Shown here: piece by piece, positions 23,667 to 37,132 of the stretch
How the letters are laid out: each line of letters opens with the position of its first letter
How positions within the stretch are numbered: the stretch's first letter is position 1
Made by a program: the position numbers and the translations under genes
Source: Malacoraja senta
Lineage: Eukaryota
Direction of reading: 5' to 3'
Assembly: GCA_038087875.1 (NCBI GenBank)
Contig: CM075983.1
Coordinates: 22,444,001-22,508,000 of the forward strand
Length of the DNA stretch: 64,000 nt
Notes under the pieces: model-generated
Database searches by the model: none
Seen by the model: the letters and a program-made list of their open reading frames with translations, nothing else
What the model was told of the DNA's origin: nothing

Positions 23667-26600
23667 GTATTTTCATTATGATAAGGAGGCCGGACTCGGC
23701 GGGGCTGAGCAGTGCGTGTGGCGAGGATCCGAGATGCCACTATCTACCCCTCGTCCTCTCGGTCTTTAACAAAAGGAGACGTCTCGCTTCGCTTCGCTTC
23801 TCTCCGCTCCGGGGGCGATCTCGCCAATTTCGTGTCAGTCCCGCTGGCATTTTGCTTGTCTCTCTCTCAATGTTTTATCTTGCAAACGTTTTTTAACAGA
23901 GGGGATGATTGCAAAACGCCAGACGAGTAAAAACCGTGCAAAGGATTCGACAAACAGGAAAAAAAAAGCATCGGGCCAGGTTATTTTGAAACACAAGTTT
24001 AAAGCAAGACATTTAAAAGGGTAAATACCCAACTTCCGGGAAGGCAACTTATTCACATACTGTGTGCAGCTCTTATTTATTAACAAACAATGAAGGTTTC
24101 AAACACGGGTGGAGATCGAGTTAGTTTGTAGCCGGGCCATTGTGGAGCTTCATTTGGGGTTTAATTAGGGTTTGCACTTGCGAGGACAAGAGCAGACGGA
24201 GCGATGCCAAACACCGGACTCGGGGGATTGTATAAACATTGTCAGGTTCAGGAGCTGCTGCCTGTGAGACTGGGGTGGGGGGCAGAAAACCACCCTGGAG
24301 CCCCGAGTCTACCCCCCTGCTCCTCGGCCCTTGAGGATGTTTCCAAGGACCTCGAAACGGCCATAAATGTTTCACCAGCGGAGAAATGGAGAAAGCAGCA
24401 ACCGACAGTCATGGTGCCATTCTGCAATTTGGGAAATGCAAACAAAATGACCCCCGACTCAAGCAGGGATTCACGTGTGCATTTTCTATTCTGTAATGTG
24501 CAAACTAGAAGACGACTGAGTGTTTGCAAAGATTGTATTTTAGGGATGGGGGGGGGGGGGGGTTGCTCCCGGTCCCCTAAGCGATGGTTTGCACAAAGTC
24601 CATCCGCGGTGACCCTCGACCGACAATAGTGTCTGTGTGGAAGGAGGATGTGACGGACGACTGCTTGTTATTCCGCACCGAGGGGTGCACAACACAAACA
24701 CAACATGTGCAAGGGGGGGGGGGGGGGGGGCTTGCCTTTATACTCGTGTATCTCCGATCTTCGCGGCGTATCTCAATACTGCACAGCAGGAATTGTAGTT
24801 AAATTAGTAACCCCCCCCCCCTCCTCTTTCCCTTCCTCTCCTCCTCCCGTTCCTGCGGAACCCAATCGTGTCCGGACAACAAGCCGTTTACAATGATAGT
24901 TAAATGCCGTGAGCTGCCGGGCCTTGTTGCACAAGCAACTTGTGTTCAATCCCGAGAAAGTTTTCAACTCGGATTAAGTCCCGTTTCGGCGTCTGCTCGA
25001 ACGATCACGTTTTAAGGTTATGATGAAAGATTAGATTTGAAAGATTAGACGCAAGGGAGAGGGAGGCAATTGGGGGACAGGACTCGAGTGATTCATCCCG
25101 CTGCTGGTTCATGAGAACAGGGCGCGGCCTCGCAGCCAAGACCCCACCCTGTGCCCTCTTAACATTGCGTGGCCTGTTGGGCCGGCTGTACAATTACATT
25201 GAACATATGAAGCTGTTCTTCCCGGCGGGTTTGTCGGGCTGGTGGAGCGAATGTTATAGTGGCATGTATTGCCCGACCCAAGCACGAACCTGCATACACT
25301 AAATCACACGAACACACAGCACCGAAACAGGTCATTATGGCTCACCTCATCCACGCCAATCGTGATGCCTGTCTTTGCTAATTCCATCTACAAAGTAAAT
25401 CCAGCACAAGAATATGTCCTTCGGCCCACAATGTCTTGCCAAACATGATGCCAAGTAAAATAATCTCGTCTGCCTGCACCTGATCCATATTTCTCAATTT
25501 CCTGCATATTCATGTGCCTGTATAAAAGCCTCTTAATAGCCACTATCATATCTGCCCAGGCACTTACCTCGATGCCTTGTTCTCTGAAAGTGAGCAATCC
25601 AAATACACGTGTAAAAAAATAACGCCCTGCACATCTCCTTTAAATTTTGTCGCTCTGCTCTCTAGTCTTTGACATTTCCACCCTGTGAAAAAGGTTCTGA
25701 CATTCTACCCAATGTTGCCTCTCATAATGTTATATAGTTATCCTGGGCTCTCCAGTCTTCCTCAGTGTTCTAGTGAAAACAAGCCAAGTTTGTCCAACTT
25801 CTCCTTGTAGCTAATAGCCCCTAATTCAGGAAGCATTCTGGTAAAAATGTTGCTAGTTCACAAATTATAGAAGTAGAATTAGGCCATTCGGCCCATCGAG
25901 TCTACTCTGCCATTCAACCATGGCTGATTGCTACCCCTAATCCCATTTTCTTGCCTTCTTCCCATAACCCTTGACACCCATTCTATATTCTGTAATAGTC
26001 TGTATTTCTTACTCCTATCCAAGTACCTGTCCAAATGTCTATTTCAACAGCCCCACTACGTCTGGCAGCTCATTCCAAATATTGTGTGAAAATTGTAACC
26101 CCTCAGATCTCCTTTAACTTTCTCCCCTCTTACTTTAAACATGTGGCTTTGAGTTCTAGTCTCCACTGCACAGGCAACATAATTTTTGGCTATCTACCAG
26201 AGCATTGCCCTCCCCACCTCCAATAATTTTAGGAAGTCCACCCCACAACCTACTACATTCCAGCGAGATTAAACCCAGCCTTTCTAATCTCTCTTTATAA
26301 CCTCATCCATCCATTCCAGGCAACATCCTGTGAACCTCTTCTGTGCTTTCCCTATTGCCATCACACCCTTCCTGTAGTGTGGTGACCAAAACAATATCCT
26401 AGGATAGTCCAACCAGTGATTTGTATAACAGTCTGACATCCCAACTCTTTTTCTCAATATCTTGTCCTATGACGGTAAGCATTCCAAATGTCCTTTTCAC
26501 CACTTTCAGGGAGCTATGGACTTAGGCCTGAAAGTCCTCTGTACATCAACACTCCTAACTTTCTCTAGAGATGCTGCCTGACCCGCTGTGTTACTCCAGC

Positions 26601-26908
26601 ATTTTGTGTCTCTCTACACCTAATTTCTTTCCAGTTACTCTGCATGTCCTAACAGAATTTGACTTTACATAGTTCATTATCTCACACTTGTCTGGATTAA
26701 ATTCTATCTGCCATCTCTCCGCCCAACTTCCCAACTGATGTATGTTTCTCTCTGTACTTTCTCAACCTTCTCTGTTTTCTGCCACTCTACCAATTGTTGT
26801 GTTCTTTACAAACTAACTAATTATGTCACCTTCATTCTCATCCAAGTCATTTCTATCTATTGCAGAGAACAACATTTCCAGCACTGATCCTAATGGGTAC
26901 ACCACTAA

Positions 26909-27201
26909 TTTAGTTTGGAGATACTGCGCGGAAACAGGCCTTTTGGCCCACCGGGTCCGCACCGACCAGTGATTCCCGCACACTAGGGACCATTTACACT
27001 CATACCAAGTAAACAAACCCAAGCCAATTAACCTACAAACCTGTGCGTCTTTGATCTCGGAGATCTCGGAGAAAACCTAACTGTCACGTGGAGAATGTAC
27101 AAACTACGTACGGATAGCACCCAAAGTCAGGATCGAACCTGGCTCTCTGGCGTTGCAAGCGCTGTAAGGCAGCAACTCTACTGCTGCACCAACGTGCCGC
27201 C
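26909..27201 (-). mobile_element. HE1-type SINE
   Basis: Family match. Confidence 0.85.
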
Positions 27202-27774
27202 TTAGTTACAGATTTTCGGGTGCTGTTACCCTCTGCCTCCCATTGCCCAGCCAGTTTTGGATCCAGTTCACCAACATGCCTAAGATCCCTTGTGCATTTA
27301 CCTTCCGTACCTACCATGCATAACTTTGTCAAAAGCTTTACTAAAGTCTGTATAGATGACATCCACCATCCTGTCTTCGTTAATCTCTTTTTTTTACCTC
27401 CACAGAAATCAGATTTGTGAGACATTACCTCAATTGCACACAACCATGCTGACTCCCTCTAATCAGTCCCTGCCTTTCCAAGTTTGATCCTGGAGAAGAG
27501 TCTGGTCCTGAACATTGGAATCTTCTCCCAAAACTTCCCCACCACTTATGTAATTTACAGGCTTATCCCTACTGCCCTTTATGAACAAGGGGACAACATT
27601 ATTCTCCTCCAGTTGACGTATCTAATCTGTGACTAATGAAGATACAGAAGCCTCTGCGAGAGCCCCAGCTCCTCTCTTGCTTCCCTTAGCATTGTAGGAT
27701 AAATCCTGTCTGGCCCAAGGGACTAGTTCCCTGAATAAACTCTAATATTTCCAGCACTTTCTCCATTCTGACAG

Positions 27775-28082
27775 ATTTAGTTTTGAGATGCAGCATGGAA
27801 ACATGTCCTTCAGCCCACCGTCCATGCCGACCATTGATCATCCATTCACACTAGATCTATGTCATCCCACTATCCGCATCTACTCCCTACGCACTATGGG
27901 AGATTTATAGAGTACAAACCCACAGTGTTTGGGATGTGGGAGGAAACCGGAGCACCCAGAGGAAACCCACATGGTCACAAGAAGAAAGTGCTAATTCCAC
28001 ACAGACATCCCCCGGGTCAGGATCGAACCTGGGTCTCTGGCATTGTGAGGCAGCAGCTCTACCAGCTGCGCCACCGTGCTCC
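27775..28082 (-). mobile_element. HE1-type SINE (older)
   Basis: Family match. Confidence 0.8.
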
Positions 28083-29779
28083 AAAGTATCACTGTTATCC
28101 CACGCTTAACTCTTCAGCCATCACATTCATCTCCCTGCTGAATATCAATGAGAAATATTAATTTAGGACTTCAATCATGTCCGTTCGCTTCACGCTTGGA
28201 TCACCCCTCTGGTCCATGAGAGGGCCTATTCCTTCCTTTGCTGCTTCTTGCTTCTGATATGCTTCAAAAGATTTTAGGATTCTCCTTAATCCTACTTGGC
28301 AAGGACATTTCTTAGCCTCTTAATGCCCTCCTAATTTATTTCTTAAATGTTCTCCTTTATCCCCTGTGAACCTCGGTGACTCATTTGATAACGATTGTCA
28401 GTTCAGGTGACCTTGCATTATGGAGGCAGGGGTTGTGTTCCATGAAAACATCCAAATTGTAATTTTCCATAATGTGAACCAGTGTCATCTGCACATGCAT
28501 CAAGTTATGAGAGATTCGGCTCCCCTGCCCTTCAAGAACTTGGAACAATACACCACAGGATCAGGCTCTTCAGCTCACAATGTTTGTGTTGAACATGTTG
28601 ACAAAATCAACTCATATCTGCCTGCACATAATCCATATCCCCCCATTACCTACATATCTACTGTATAACTTAAAGTCTCCTAAATGCCACTTTTGTATCT
28701 GCCTCCATCACCACACTTGGCAGCCCGTCCCAGGCACTCACCACCCTCTGCGTAAAAACTTGCCCTGCACATCTTTAAACTTTGCCTCTCTCATCTTATA
28801 GATATTCCCTCTAGTATTTAATTTATCCATCCTGGGACAAAGGTTCTGACTATCTACCCTATCGATGCCTCTCACAATTTTATATATTTCCAACAGGTCT
28901 ATCCTCAACCTCTAGCATTCCAGGGAAAACAATTCAAGTCTATCCAACCTCTCCCTGTAGCTGATACCCCTTAACTCAGGCATCATTCCAATAAACCTCC
29001 TTTGCACCCTCTCCAAAGTCATCACATGCTTCCTGTAAAGGGGCAACCAGAAATGCATGCAAAATTCCAAATGCAACCTAACAAGTCCTACAAAACTGCC
29101 TCTTGACTTCCTGATTTATATTCAATGCCTTGACCAATGAAGGCAAGCATACCATAACTTTTCTTTATAACTCTATCTACTTGTGTTGCTACTTTCTGGG
29201 ATTTATGGACATGGACCATAAGATCTCTCTGTACATCAGTGCTATTTAGGGTCTATCCATTAATTGTATATTTTCCCCTTACATTCAACCTCCTAAAGTT
29301 CAACCCTCATACGTTAATATTAAACTCCATCTGCCATTTTGCCACTCATTTCTCTAGCTGATCTGTATCCCACTTTGACAGCCTTCCTCACAGACTGTGA
29401 CCCCAACAATCTTGCTGTCATCTACAAACATACTAACCAACCCGTCTATGTTTAGACCCAAGTCATTTTTTATAAAACACACAACAGAGATTTTGGCACG
29501 GATCCCTGTGGAAACCCACTGGTATCAGACCTCCAGCCTGAATATTGTCCTTCCACCACAACCCTCTGTCTTCCATCAGAAAGGCACTTTCAAATACATT
29601 ACTAAAATCCATTAGACAACATCCTCTAAATCCCCCCTCCCCCATCAATCAGCCGTGTTACCTCCTCAGAAATCTCAATATAGTTAGGAAGACATAAGTT
29701 ATCCATTGTCACCACAAAAAGCTTGAACCAGACCAATCATCAATTTCACTTGAAATTGAATGTCCATTATGGACTCTGC

Positions 29780-29993
29780 CCTTCCTAAGGTTATCTGTTG
29801 CCAGCCTGTTTGTTCTGGCCTTTTCTATCTTTCATTCTGATGAAGGGTTCTGACCCAAAACGTCACCTATTTTCTCCAGAGATGCTGGCTGACCTGCTGA
29901 GATCGGTGGCCTCCTTTCTTAAACATGCTGAGTTACTCCAGCATTTTTGTGTCTACCTTCACTATAAAGCAGCATCTGCAGTTCCTTCCTACA
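29780..29993 (+). mobile_element. Penelope 3' tail fragment
   Basis: ctgatgaagggttctgacccaaaacgtcacc ... agcatctgcagttccttcctacaca. Confidence 0.7.
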
Positions 29994-30942
29994 CAATTGC
30001 TTTACCAGCAGTCTTATTGCTAAAGTGTTCTCATCAAAGTGCAAATTACATCCTAACTGGGCAGGGTAAAGATATCGTTTCTCCTTGACCTTCTCAACCA
30101 ATTTGCAGCCTTCGGTTATAAATGACCGCATCATCCTCATCCAACCCTTTTGTTCTCGTTTGTCTAATTGGGTAGAAGTACAGTCCCCTTGTTTCATTCT
30201 TATCTCCAGATCGGTGGCCTCCTTTCACACCCTGGACTGTTATTTCTGATTGATTCCAAGGAGTTATCCTGGGCTCTGCATGCTATCAGTTATTAACACA
30301 ATTTAAAAGGAGCGTCAGTATCCATAAGTGTATGAAAGAAATCCATCTCTCTCGACCTGTCCACTATCTCCAAATTTTCAGACTGCTTGTCCAATGATTA
30401 ATGCTGGATGTGTAGAAAATACCTCCAGCACAAGCTCTGTTGCCACCCGCCTGACTCCCACTCTCTGTAATGTTCAGCCTCAGGCTGTTACCAATCCTAG
30501 TGTCGTTTGGGCGAAGAATACGAGTGGTCTTGTTGCATCTTTACAACTGATCAACAGTTTTGTTGTCACCTTTACTCATGCACAATTTTTAAAATAGTTA
30601 GCAAAATCTTAGTTCAAATTTTCACTTGTCAGCCGCCTGGTTAGGAAGAAAACTGTAAGACTACCATTGCCTGGTTACTAAGCAATAACATTTCCACTTA
30701 ACAACACAACCCCATGCCCTGTACCACCTGAGGTGACCGCACCACACCATTTGATATCAGTGTGAACTTGTCGTATGTGATATTCTGATTGTGAGCAGAA
30801 AGAAGGATGTTGTGCATGAGCTGGAGCTGGCATTTATAATTGAGAGAACTGTGTTTGGTGCATGGAAAATAAGTTATTATTTGATCATAATCAGTTTGCG
30901 TATAGACTTTGAAGACGTATAAAGCTCTAGGTCAGCATTATA

Positions 30943-31142
30943 GAAGCAAGGAACTAGTTTACAAAAGAAGAACACAAAGTGTTGAAGTAATTCAACAGGT
31001 CAGGCTGCACCCCTGGAGAACATTGATAGATGACGTTTTGGGTTGAGTGTGAAGAAGGGTCCCAATCCGAAACGCCACCTATCCATGCTCTGCAGGGATG
31101 CTACCTGACCCACTGAGTTACTCCAGTATTTTGTGTCTTTTT
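30943..31142. mobile_element. Short Penelope-tail inverted-repeat (hairpin) element
   Basis: Two inverted copies of the Penelope tail. Confidence 0.7.
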
Positions 31143-31678
31143 CTGGGTCCATTGCTGAATGCAGAGCACTTTAGTAGCATGGCAAGCCATGATTTCACAA
31201 TTGATAACACACAGTAGCTTGCAGAAATTGGATTTTTGAGGGAAGATTTTCATTAGAGTAAACTTTGTAATAATTCAATCTTGTAAAATTATAATGGAAA
31301 TGTAAAATAGGTTATCCTTAGCTCTAAAGATATTTCTATTGAGTTTTAGAAGTACAGCCTTCAGAAAATATCTTAAAACACTATCAGGGTAATCTTGTAA
31401 GCAGTGCACTGCATGTCCACCTTTGCTCCCATCTTTCATTGTATGTTAACCAGCATGAACACTCGGATGTTTGGGGGCTACCATGATTGATTTCCTTTGC
31501 TGTCTATGCCCATTTTGCTTCCTTGTGAGGTTCTGGTCATTGTTGCACTCAGGCCTTACTATTCATAGTTTTATCAGCTCATTTTTGCCTCCTGTGTGGT
31601 TTAAGGCAAAATCTGTTAGTTTTTAATAAAGTCAGTGTTCAATCATGCCATGTTCATGTCTGATTTATTTTGTACCAT

Positions 31679-32329
31679 TCAATGCATCGAAAGTAAGGAA
31701 GGCAAAATGCAATGTTAGTATTTATTTTGAGAGGATTAGAAAAGCAGGGATGTAATACTGAGGCTTTATAAGGCACTGGTCAGACTGCATTTGGAATATT
31801 GTGAACCGTTTTGGGCCCCATATCTGAGGAGGCATGTGCTATTGTTGGAGAGGGTCCAGAGGAGGTTTACGAGAATAATCCCACTGATGATTGGGTTAAC
31901 ATATGATGAACTTTTGATGGCTCTGGGCCTGTACTCACTGGAGTTTAGAAGGATGAGGAGATATCTCATTGAAACTTATTGCATAACGAAAGGCCAAGAG
32001 AGAGCAGATGTGGAGAGGATGCTTCCACTAGTGGGAGAGTCTAGGACCAGAGGGCATACCTTTGGAAAGGTGATGATGAATTTCTTTGGCCAGAGAATGG
32101 TGAAGCTGTGGAAGTAATTGCCACAAACAGCTATGGAGGTAGTTTTTGAGTATTTTTTAAAGTGGAGATTGATAGATTATTGATTAATATGTGTGTCAAA
32201 GGATATGTGGAGAAGGCAGGAGATTGGGGTTGAGAGGGAAATATAGATGAGCCATGATTGAATGGCAGTGTAGACTCGATGGGCCAAATGACCTAATTCT
32301 ACTCTTATGAAGTGACCTTATGAACTTAT
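31679..32329 (+). mobile_element. CR1 LINE 3' part
   Basis: LYKALVRLHLEYCEPFWAPYLRRHVLLLERVQRRFTRII...LGLYSLEFRRMR. Confidence 0.88.
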
Positions 32330-33469
32330 ATTTAGAGTTAGGCCAATCCTCCTTATCATTCGTTGCTCTCGCTGGGATTTAACATTTCTGTAGTATGTTC
32401 AAAATTATTCAAGTCTTCTGTGTCTCTGGTAGTGAATGGTTGCTTTTGGTGAGAGAGATTATAATTATTTTCTCAAAATATAGCCTGTATTATTATGAAA
32501 AAAGTAGCTATAGAATAATTAAGCCGATATAACTACATTCACTGTAACCATGTCCCTTTACTTTTCAATTAGTCCCTCATATCTTGCTCAATGTACTTAT
32601 ATCTTGCTTTTTTTCTTGTAATTGAGTTTGTGAAATTAACTGATTTTCAAAAAAATTCTCTCACCTCTTGTTAAAAGTCTTGCTTAAGATGTGCTTTAGT
32701 TAGACTTTATTTTGCAATGTCTATTACATACCAGTGCAAAATGAAATCATATTATTTCTGCCGGCCAGTATAATACTGCAGGTGATGAACCCGTTAAGTG
32801 GCTGAAGATACATTCCTGATCTCCTTTTTGTCTTGCCAACTTTTAGTCCTTCCAAGTTATTCCACAGCACATCCAGGGACAGCACTATTTTGCATCCTAA
32901 AACATCTCCCAAATCCCACATTAAGTATTGACATTTTCTAGATTATAATTCTAAAAGCCATCTAATTGTCAATCTTTAAAGCGAGCATTCAAAGTGAATA
33001 CTTGTAGATTATATGAAAATGGTTGTCATCATTGCAGAAACAAATTGATTCCTCATGTAGCCTCTAATGCACCTTTTCCGCAAGTGGTTGATGGAGTATC
33101 ATCCTCTTCAGAGTGACTTTTACTTCTCCCAGTTCAGGGTTGTCGAAACCAATTGTAAACAGCCACCTCAATATTGATATCGGAAGGAAACTAGCATTAT
33201 CCAGACCCTTGCCTTTTTGGCTGTTTAACACACTACTTTAAAATACTTGAATATTACACAATGATTTAAGACTTGCATTTTCCAATATCTTGTACACATT
33301 GTCAACAGTAATAGTCGATGATATTTTGAAGATGCTATTTTGCTAGCTGCATGGTAAGCTTTATTGCAGAAGTGGATGTTACAAATTACCAGTATTTTGT
33401 CATCATGATATGTGATACCAAAATATGTGTCTCATATTGAGGAAAGAACACTTTTTTAAACAATTTTTA

Positions 33470-33690
33470 AGAATCATCGGAGGAGAATTAGGCCGTTCGG
33501 CCCATCGAGACTACTGCTCCATTCAATCATGGCTGATCTATCTTTCCCTCTCAACCTCATTCTCCTGCCCTCTCCATAACTCTTGACACCCTTACTAATC
33601 AAGAATCTATCAATCCTCACCTTTAAAATACCCAATGACTTGGCCTCTATAGTCATCTGTGGCCATGAATTCCACAGATTCACCACTCTC
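33470..33690 (-). mobile_element. CR1 3' end
   Basis: RVVNLWNS..IDRFLISKGVKSYG, followed by the 3' tail. Confidence 0.8.
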
Positions 33691-33826
33691 ACCCACATAT
33701 CACTAGTCACTCTCCAAAATAGATCACACACAACGGCATATTGAACTAGTGATGTCCAATTCGAAGATCAATATCATCGTTAAGATTTTAGTATTGCCAA
33801 ATGGGTGACATATATGTATTTTATGT

Positions 33827-34805
33827 TTAAGAAGGAACTGCAGATGCTGGAAAATCGAAGGTAGACAAAAATGCTGGAGAAACTCAGCGGGTGAGGCAGC
33901 ATCTATGGAGCGAAGGAAATAGGCAACGTTTCGGGTCAAAACCCTTCTTCAGACTGATGTGAGGGTGGGGGGAGGGGGGGACGGGAAGAAGAAAGGAAGA
34001 GGTGGAGCCAGTGGGCTGAGGGAGAGCTGAGAAGGGGAGGAAAAAGTAGGGACTACCTGAAATTAGAGAAGTCAATGTTCATACCGCTGGGGTGCAAACT
34101 GCCCAAGTGAAATATGAGGTGCTGCTCCTCCAATTAGGCCATGGAGGAGGCCCAGGACAGAAAGGTTGGATTCAGAATGGGAGGGGGAGTTGAAGTGCTG
34201 AGCCACCGGGAGATCAGGTTGGTTATTGCAAACCGAGCGGAGGTGTTCGGCGAAACGATCGCCAAGCCTACACTTGGTCTCACCGATGTAGAGCAGCTGA
34301 CATCTAGAGCAGCGGATCCAATAGATGAGGTTGGAGGAGGTGCAGGTGAACCTCTGCCGCACCTGGAACGATGGCTTGGGTCCTTGAATGGAGTCAAGGG
34401 GGGAGGTAAAGCGACAAGTGTAGCATTTCCTGTGGATGCAAGGGAAAGTGCCCGGAGAGGGTGTGGTGGTACGGGTGGGAAGGGACGAATTGACCTTTCT
34501 GTCCTGTGCCTCCTTCATGGCCAGAGTGAGGACCACTGTAAATTGGAGGAGCAGCACCTCATATTTTGCTTGGGCAGTTTGCACCCCAGCGGTATGAACA
34601 TTGACCTCTAATTTCAGCTAGTCCCTACATTCTCCTCCCCTTCTCAGCTCTCCCTCAGCCCACTGGCTCCACCTCTTCCTTTCTTCTTCCCACCCCCCCA
34701 CACCCTCACATCAGTCTGAAGGGCCTCGACCCAAAACGTTGCCTATTTCCTTCGCTCCATAGATGCTGCCTCACCCGCTGAGTTTCTCCAGCATTTTTGT
34801 CTACC
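33827..34805 (-). mobile_element. Penelope-like element: GIY-YIG endonuclease fragment between inverted pseudo-LTRs
   Basis: FTCTSSNLIYWIRCSRCQLLYIGETKCRLGDRFAEH..VAQHFNSPSH; inverted arms of about 300 bp; TSD tatg(t/c)attttatgt at 33813-33826 and 34806-34819. Confidence 0.92.
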
Positions 34806-36059
34806 TATGCATTTTATGTATTTCCAGTATTACTTCTACAACAATTGTGCAGAAAAGCAGCCATTACTATCAGCCAATTGAAAATTCTGAGTCAGGCAAA
34901 TTTGAACAGTGAAATACAACGAGCAATAGAATTGCTGATTTAATCCTTCTAGATTAGGTTGTGTCTAAAGAATATATTCAGCATCGTGTAACATTAAGGT
35001 GAAATTCTGAAAGTCTGTCAAAGTTGTGATTGTAATAGAGCTATTTAAGATGATAAAGTAATATAATTACTGAAGTAGTGTAGTTGAACATTAACATATA
35101 TTGGTTCAAGTTTAATTATTACCTTTATCCCCCCTGACGGCATATTGATATTGGTTTTCTCAGTACGCCTAGTGGTAACTCTGGGTATGCAAGTGGATTC
35201 CACAAATCATGTTTTGCACAGATTCACTTTCAGCAAAATGTACAACATCACTTTTTAAAATGACAGCAGATTAAAGTGCACATGTGCAATTATTGAATGT
35301 GAACATGACATGCATTGTGGTGCTCTCTGTGAGTGAATTGCCTGATTGCACTTACGGCAATTCAGTCTCGGCAACGGTATATAGGAGGACATTTAGTGCC
35401 TGAAGAATCCAAACCAGCGGGGATTCGGTGCTTTCATAAGAATCAGGAGGAAATGTGGGAAAATAAGGAGGAGAAAAATAAAATGTCCCATCATATCACC
35501 ATAGCAACGTGGAAACATAACTCACATCATCATTAGAAACAGCTTGGTAACTCACAATTGATTGCGCGTACTTTTTGAAGGGTAAAGTATAATGGCTAAA
35601 GCAAAATCATTTCATAATGGTCACCAAAATTGAAACAATACACAATGCAGCATACAACACATAATTCTAGGTCTCCAGAGTTTGTTCCAAATGGTTTTAT
35701 GAATGCACATAATTGTAATCATTTTCGTCATTAGTTAAAATTCAAAATGTTCCCATAGTTTCAGACAACCTGCAATAACGATCCTAAAATGAATTTTACT
35801 TCCTTCATCAATGATTAAAAAAAACTGTCATCTAGCTGCGAACTCAAAACAAAATGTGTTCTTACACTGAGGGTTGCTTGACACTGAAATCTATTTGCCT
35901 AGAACTCCAGAAAAACAACATTGCATAGATGTAACACAGCATTAACCAACTTTGCACACATTGCTCAGTAAGTGAGAGCTGGTTGTTAATGAGGATGAAC
36001 TTTTGACGCAAGGAATTCGTATACTTTATTTCACTTTTCCCAGTGGCTATAAAATTGGC

Positions 36060-37132
36060 TTTGTTTGGATCAAGATTTGGCTTGGTGACAGTAGTCAGAG
36101 GGTGTTAGTGGAGGGTTGTTTGTCAGATCGGAAGCTGATGACCAGTGGTGTGCCTCAGGGATCAATGATGGGTCTTTGCAGTTGTCAAATACATTAACAA
36201 TTTGGATGAAAATGCAGGTGGCTTGATTAGTACGTTTGGCGGAAGTCACCATAATTGGAGATGTGGTGGACAGTGAGGAAGGTTGTCTAAAGTTACAACT
36301 GAATCTAGATCAATAGGGAAAGAGGGCAAAGGAATGACAGATGGAACATAACTCAGACACATGCAAGGTGATTATTTTGGTGTGTTAAACCAGGGCAGGA
36401 ATTGCACAGTAAATGACAGGAACTTGAGGAGTGTTGTAGAACACTTGCACAATGGGTACAAGTACATATTTCTCTGAACTGGTGGCATAGTTAGGCAAAG
36501 CGGCAAATAAATATCATATGGTACATTTGCCTTTGTTGGTTGGGGCACTGAGTACAAGAGCTGGGATGTCGTGTTACAGGATGTTGGTGAGACCCTCCCT
36601 GGAATATTGTGTGCATTTTTGATCATCATACTTTCAGAAAGATGTGATTAAGCAAGAGAGGGTGAAGTGCCATCCACAGTTATGTAACCAGGACTAGGGG
36701 GCTTGAATGATGAGGTGAGGCTGGATAGGCTGGGACTGTTTTCCTTGCAACAAAGGAGGCTGAGGGGTGACCTTACAGAGGTTTATAAAATAATGAGGGG
36801 CTGAGGTAAGATCATATCTATGGTCATACTCTTTCTTCCAGGGCAGGGGTGTCTAAAAATAAAGGGCATAGGTTTAAGATGCGGGGAGAAAGATTTAAAG
36901 GGTACCTGAGAGCAAGTTTTACAGAAGGTGGTGGGTATATCCAATGAATTGTCACAGGAGGTGGTAGAGGTGGGTACAATTACAATGCTTAAAATACTTT
37001 TAGAAATGGACAGATAAGGTTTGGAGGGATTTGGGTAAAATGCAGACAAATGGGACTAACTCAGGAAGGCAATGTGGTCAGCATGGATGAGATGGGGCGA
37101 AGGGCCTGTTCCCGTGTTCCATGACTCTACAA
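36060..37132 (+). mobile_element. CR1 LINE RT-to-3' fragment, decayed
   Basis: SQRVLVEGCLSDRKLMTSGVPQGS and a CR1 3' tail. Confidence 0.85.

Larger units (their letters stand above)
23250..25330. promoter_or_regulatory. CpG-rich island, likely gene promoter
   Basis: Marked CpG enrichment relative to the CpG-depleted flanks; free of interspersed repeats; contains a splice donor. Confidence 0.75.
25390..29700 (-). mobile_element. Cluster of decayed CR1 fragments with nested SINEs
   Basis: Repeated reverse-complement CR1 ORF2 3' regions (e.g. 25400-25850, 25860-25985, 26010-27760, 28540-29700). Confidence 0.7.

Noticed and set aside
23198-25302. Many 60-140 aa ORFs on both strands
   Set aside because: Expected in GC-rich island sequence; no domain similarity is recognisable.
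34141-34611. 156-aa plus-strand ORF
   Set aside because: Antisense of the Penelope endonuclease fused to the inverted arm.
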